64,000 bases of DNA from Squalus acanthias (lineage: Eukaryota). The first letter of the stretch is position 1, and every line of letters starts with the position of its first letter. The notes under the pieces were generated by a model. The model saw only the letters and a program-made list of their open reading frames with translations, ran no database searches and was not told where the DNA came from. Location of the stretch: the NCBI GenBank assembly GCA_030390025.1, contig CM059426.1, forward strand, positions 27,590,001 through 27,654,000. Reading direction: 5' to 3'. The position numbers were made by a program, and so were the translations under genes. Below are positions 60,656 through 64,000 of this stretch, one piece after another.

Positions 60656-60819
60656 AGTCCCCTGTTCCCAGGAGTATGTGCTCAGGAATCAGCCCGAATC
60701 TTGAATCAAGTAACAGTAATGGAGTAACAATTGAGTTAGTGGGTCTTTTTGGGTGAAAGGGGCACACTTCTTTTCTGGGGTAAGTAACTGGGGCCTGGCC
60801 AATTCCCGATTCTCATCGC

Positions 60820-61065
60820 TCGTCCATTGCCGGCCGTGCTTTCAGCTGCCTTGACCCTAAACTCTGGAATTTTCCTTCTCAAACCTCTCTACCTCCCTCT
60901 CTCCATTTAAGACAGTCTTTAAAACCTACTTCTAAGCAAGCTTTTGGTCACCTCCTAATATCTCTTTGTGGCTCAGTGTTGAACTTTGTTTGAGAACGCT
61001 CCTGTAACCCGCCGCGGGATGTTTTACTCGGTTAAAGGTGGACTATTAATGCAGGTTGTTGTTGT
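60820..61065 (+). mobile_element. L2 3' tail
   Basis: Collinear with 18730-18976; GTTGTTGTTG end. Confidence 0.82.
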
Positions 61066-61681
61066 GGCGACTTGCCTCTGATGCCTCAGCTGAAATTGTC
61101 ACAGCACATTCCACTGAATACACAGGATCCATTCCCAGTCCCACGTGTAGAAAGCAGTGTGCTGAAATCTGATCTTGTGCGCATGTACAATCTGTGATTT
61201 TTGGGTGCTCCGTTCATACAACTAACAGACAGGAACAGCTTCTGTGAAAGCTGCCGTGACACCACTGAAGACAGTCCACCCAACTCCGACACCATGTTTG
61301 CTGCCATTGCAACTTGTTCAGTGCCATTTTCTGGTTTGTTTTTGTGCAAAATCTGTCAAAAATAACTGTCAAAATAACTTGTACAAGACTTCACAGAAGG
61401 TGAGTGGGTATGACTATGTACAGGCTGTGCTGAATTAGCTGTTCTCGGTCAGGATAGAATCTGGGTGCACTACAACACTGGCCTGGCCACCCCTGAGCTG
61501 GGGAAGAGAGGAAATCAGCCAGTGTCCCCGCTTGTGTCCAAACATGCGATCTTTCCAGCAGAGTCACTGGATTGTGATCATCAGGTGAGGACAGGATTAG
61601 GCCCCGCTGTACTGCTAACACTTGCTGTCGAGGTGCATATATGAAAACCTGAGCACTTGTATGAGGTACAGGAAGGTTATG

Positions 61682-61988
61682 AACGAACATACGAATTAGG
61701 AGCAGGAGTAGGCCACTCGGCCCCTCGAGCCTGCTCCGCCATTCAATAAGATCATGGCTGATCTGATTACTCCACATTCCCACTTACCCCCGATAACCTT
61801 TCACCCTCTTGCTTACCAAGAATCTATCTATTTCTGCCTTAAAAATATTCAAAGACTCTGCTTCCACCGCCCTCTGAGGAAGAGAGTTCCAAAGACTCAC
61901 GACCCTCTGTGAGAAAAAATTTCTCCTCATCTCTGTCTTAAATGGGCGACCCCTTATTTTTAAACAGTGACCCCTAGTTCTAGATTCT
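61682..61988 (-). mobile_element. CR1 3' fragment
   Basis: ESRTRGHCLKIRGRPFKTEMRRNFFSQRVV; family tail. Confidence 0.9.
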
Positions 61989-62051
61989 GTGCCAGCTTCC
62001 TTGGAACAATACTTTTCACAAAAAAAACAGTGAGCACAGAAATCAGCAGAG

Positions 62052-62243
62052 GTGTTACATGGCTGAGTTCTGTTTCGGCATGCTGAGGTCATGTAGAGCC
62101 GTTGTTAACCCAACAATGTCACAGCGCAGTTGGTGACTGGCAATTACTAGGTAGTTGTTCACAGTAGGTTGAGTCGGATGTTTGATGGTAATGAGTAGAA
62201 GTTTAAAAATAGCACAGTATTTGCTTATTATTCCACATCCAAC
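62052..62243 (+). repeat. Copy 2 of the local duplication (empty TA site at 62210-62211)
   Basis: TTTAAAAATAGCACAGTATTTGCTTATTATT equals copy 1 with the MITE removed. Confidence 0.92.
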
Positions 62244-63674
62244 TGGGCACTTCAGCTTCGACTACAGATAGAAATATCTTGAATTTATGTAACATCTTAT
62301 CACATCCGCAGGACCTCCAAAGGGCTTCCTATCCAATGATTTAGTGTGTAGTTACTGTTCTTGTGTAGGCAAACTGTATATGGAATACAGCTCCCTTGCA
62401 TTGTTGATGATTTGATGATTTCATCAGTACTTGCAGTACCAACAAAAGTCATTCAATAATAGCAAGTTAAAATTAAGGATGATCTTTATACTTTCTTGTA
62501 TTTAGTCGGGTGACTCAGTCTAAGTTCGTTCATTTCTAGGACCTAGATCTCGGCATTTGCATGCTGCTGAAGCAGACGTTGATCCTTCTGTTTTTAGGCT
62601 ACATGATGCAAACGATTTTAAATGTAACTACGCAGGAGCCAGGACTCCATACCGTTTCAGGAGCTGTCTATTATTGCCGGCCTGCAGTCATGACATATGA
62701 GTATAGCAGAGGCTTTTCATTTGGTTAAACATTGCCTATAGCGATCGTGTCATGGGTGATCAGCTGTTTGGAATTCACGTGTCCAGCACCTTTGCTCACA
62801 GTTTTGTGTTTTATTTAAAGGAGCGACATTCACCAAATGCTACCAGGGTTCCAAAGAATGAGAGAAATGAAAGATATCCAGAGGTGGTTATTAGGTGGTC
62901 AAAGCCTTTTTGATTAAAGAAGTGGCTCAGCTATGCACACCAACCATGGAAAGCTGACCAATAGCTAAAAAAAAATGGCTGAGGCAACCCCAAAAAAAAA
63001 GTGACAACTGAAACTGTCTTACTTTACCGCAACTAGATATAAAAGCTACACTAATTCCCAAAATAGACCAAGAGCTGCAATGGGTAGTTTATCAGTGTCG
63101 GTGCAAGCAGAGCATGTCAAACCTAGCTTGTGTTCTCTGTGGCATCTCCACGGTTTCTGTGGCTTTAGAGTGCTGGAACAATGGCGCGTGGCAGCGTGCA
63201 TACATTCTACCGTAAACAGAATGATGGTGACCGATGGGACAGCTCCACACAATGTGCCTGTTGCCACTGAATTTCATTCCTAAGTGGGGGAAAAGGGTTG
63301 GTGGATTGTGATTGGTAAGGTAGAAATTGGGGAGAAAGATTTGCATAAATGGTGAGCATCAACAGTATAAAGAAAGTGTAAAATAATTCATTAGAAAGGA
63401 GAAAAACACAGATATAAGCACTCAACTAATAAAGAAGAAACAACATGGATGACACTTTTTTAAATGTGAAGGTGTACATTTTGGTGAATTTCTGTACTCA
63501 AAGGTGATGATTATTATTACTGGAAAACTGTTCCACTCGGTGCCCATCATCAAATCAGGTACTGGACCAGCCAGATGCAGATAGACCTTTCTTTGCACTT
63601 TCTTCCAACAATCGTAAAGCACCCTCTTTTCTCCTGAACCCCTCCATGGCATCTGGGATATTTTTGATTCCCAC

Positions 63675-63755
63675 AATCAATCCTATGACCTCCTGAAATG
63701 AGACTGCCAACTAAGTGCCAGTGTGCCCCAAGTAGTGGGTAGTTTTGTGATGCAG
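63675..63755 (-). mobile_element. LF-SINE-like core remnant
   Basis: Minus strand CATCACAAAAC...TGGCAC.TAGTTGGCAGTCTCA...GAGGTCATAGGATTGAT resembles the LF-SINE core as I remember it; not database-verified. Confidence 0.45.
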
Positions 63756-64000
63756 ACTAGATCTCAATAGATTCTGACTTGAGGCTGTCCGAGACGCTTT
63801 GACTTTTGGACCCCTCTAGCCTTAATCTCCCTCCTTCTACAATACATCATCCTTGTTTGAGCAGGCAGGCAGCCAAATCCCAGGCCTTGCCAGCAGTACT
63901 GTTCTGAAATGGGATGCTAGGAGGTTAAAACCATTCTCAGGACGTCTCTTTCCTCAAGTTTTGCTTCCCTCCCTCTGGGGAAGTGCCTGGATTCAACTTT

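Noticed and set aside
61220-61405. Plus-strand exon ending at strong donor AAG|GTGAGT
   Set aside because: Weak acceptor, no recognisable protein, and the donor lies at the start of a SINE-B copy
63046-63676. Short ORFs or exons near the window end
   Set aside because: No recognisable homology; partly adjoins SINE-like sequence
1-64000. ORF-track entries as host genes or a prokaryotic-type system (operon, CRISPR, defence island)
   Set aside because: The sequence is vertebrate; the long ORFs are broken LINE, RTE or PLE frames or their antisense shadows; no repeat-spacer array was seen

Overview
Vertebrate genomic DNA, very probably a shark or other cartilaginous fish (inferred from the CR1/HER1-type LINE tails, Deu-domain SINEs and Penelope ends). 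Roughly half the window is transposable-element debris: several CR1 subfamilies, an ORF1-less CR1-group LINE (called LINE-A here), L2, RTE, Penelope-like elements, a decayed two-gene PIF/Harbinger transposon, Harbinger, hAT and Tigger-like MITEs, SINEs and two probable solo LTRs. Most long ORFs in the track are LINE fragments or their antisense shadows, and I recognised no host protein-coding exon. A ZNF143-motif, CpG-retaining promoter lies at about 15.0-16.4 kb, so the rest of the window is plausibly a long first intron. Highlights: (1) LINE-A has a tRNA-like A/B-box head, no ORF1, no TTTT run on its sense strand and a 5'UTR+3'tail deletion derivative, suggesting a Pol III-driven LINE/SINE system; (2) a CR1 copy with clustered sense-strand A-to-G changes, like an ADAR-hyperedited RNA fixed in the genome; (3) minimal hammerhead ribozyme motifs in Penelope ends; (4) a 109-bp-arm palindrome at a CR1 5' end; (5) a built-in filled/empty MITE site pair. 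All alignments were done by eye, and repeat boundaries are approximate unless TIRs or TSDs are quoted.
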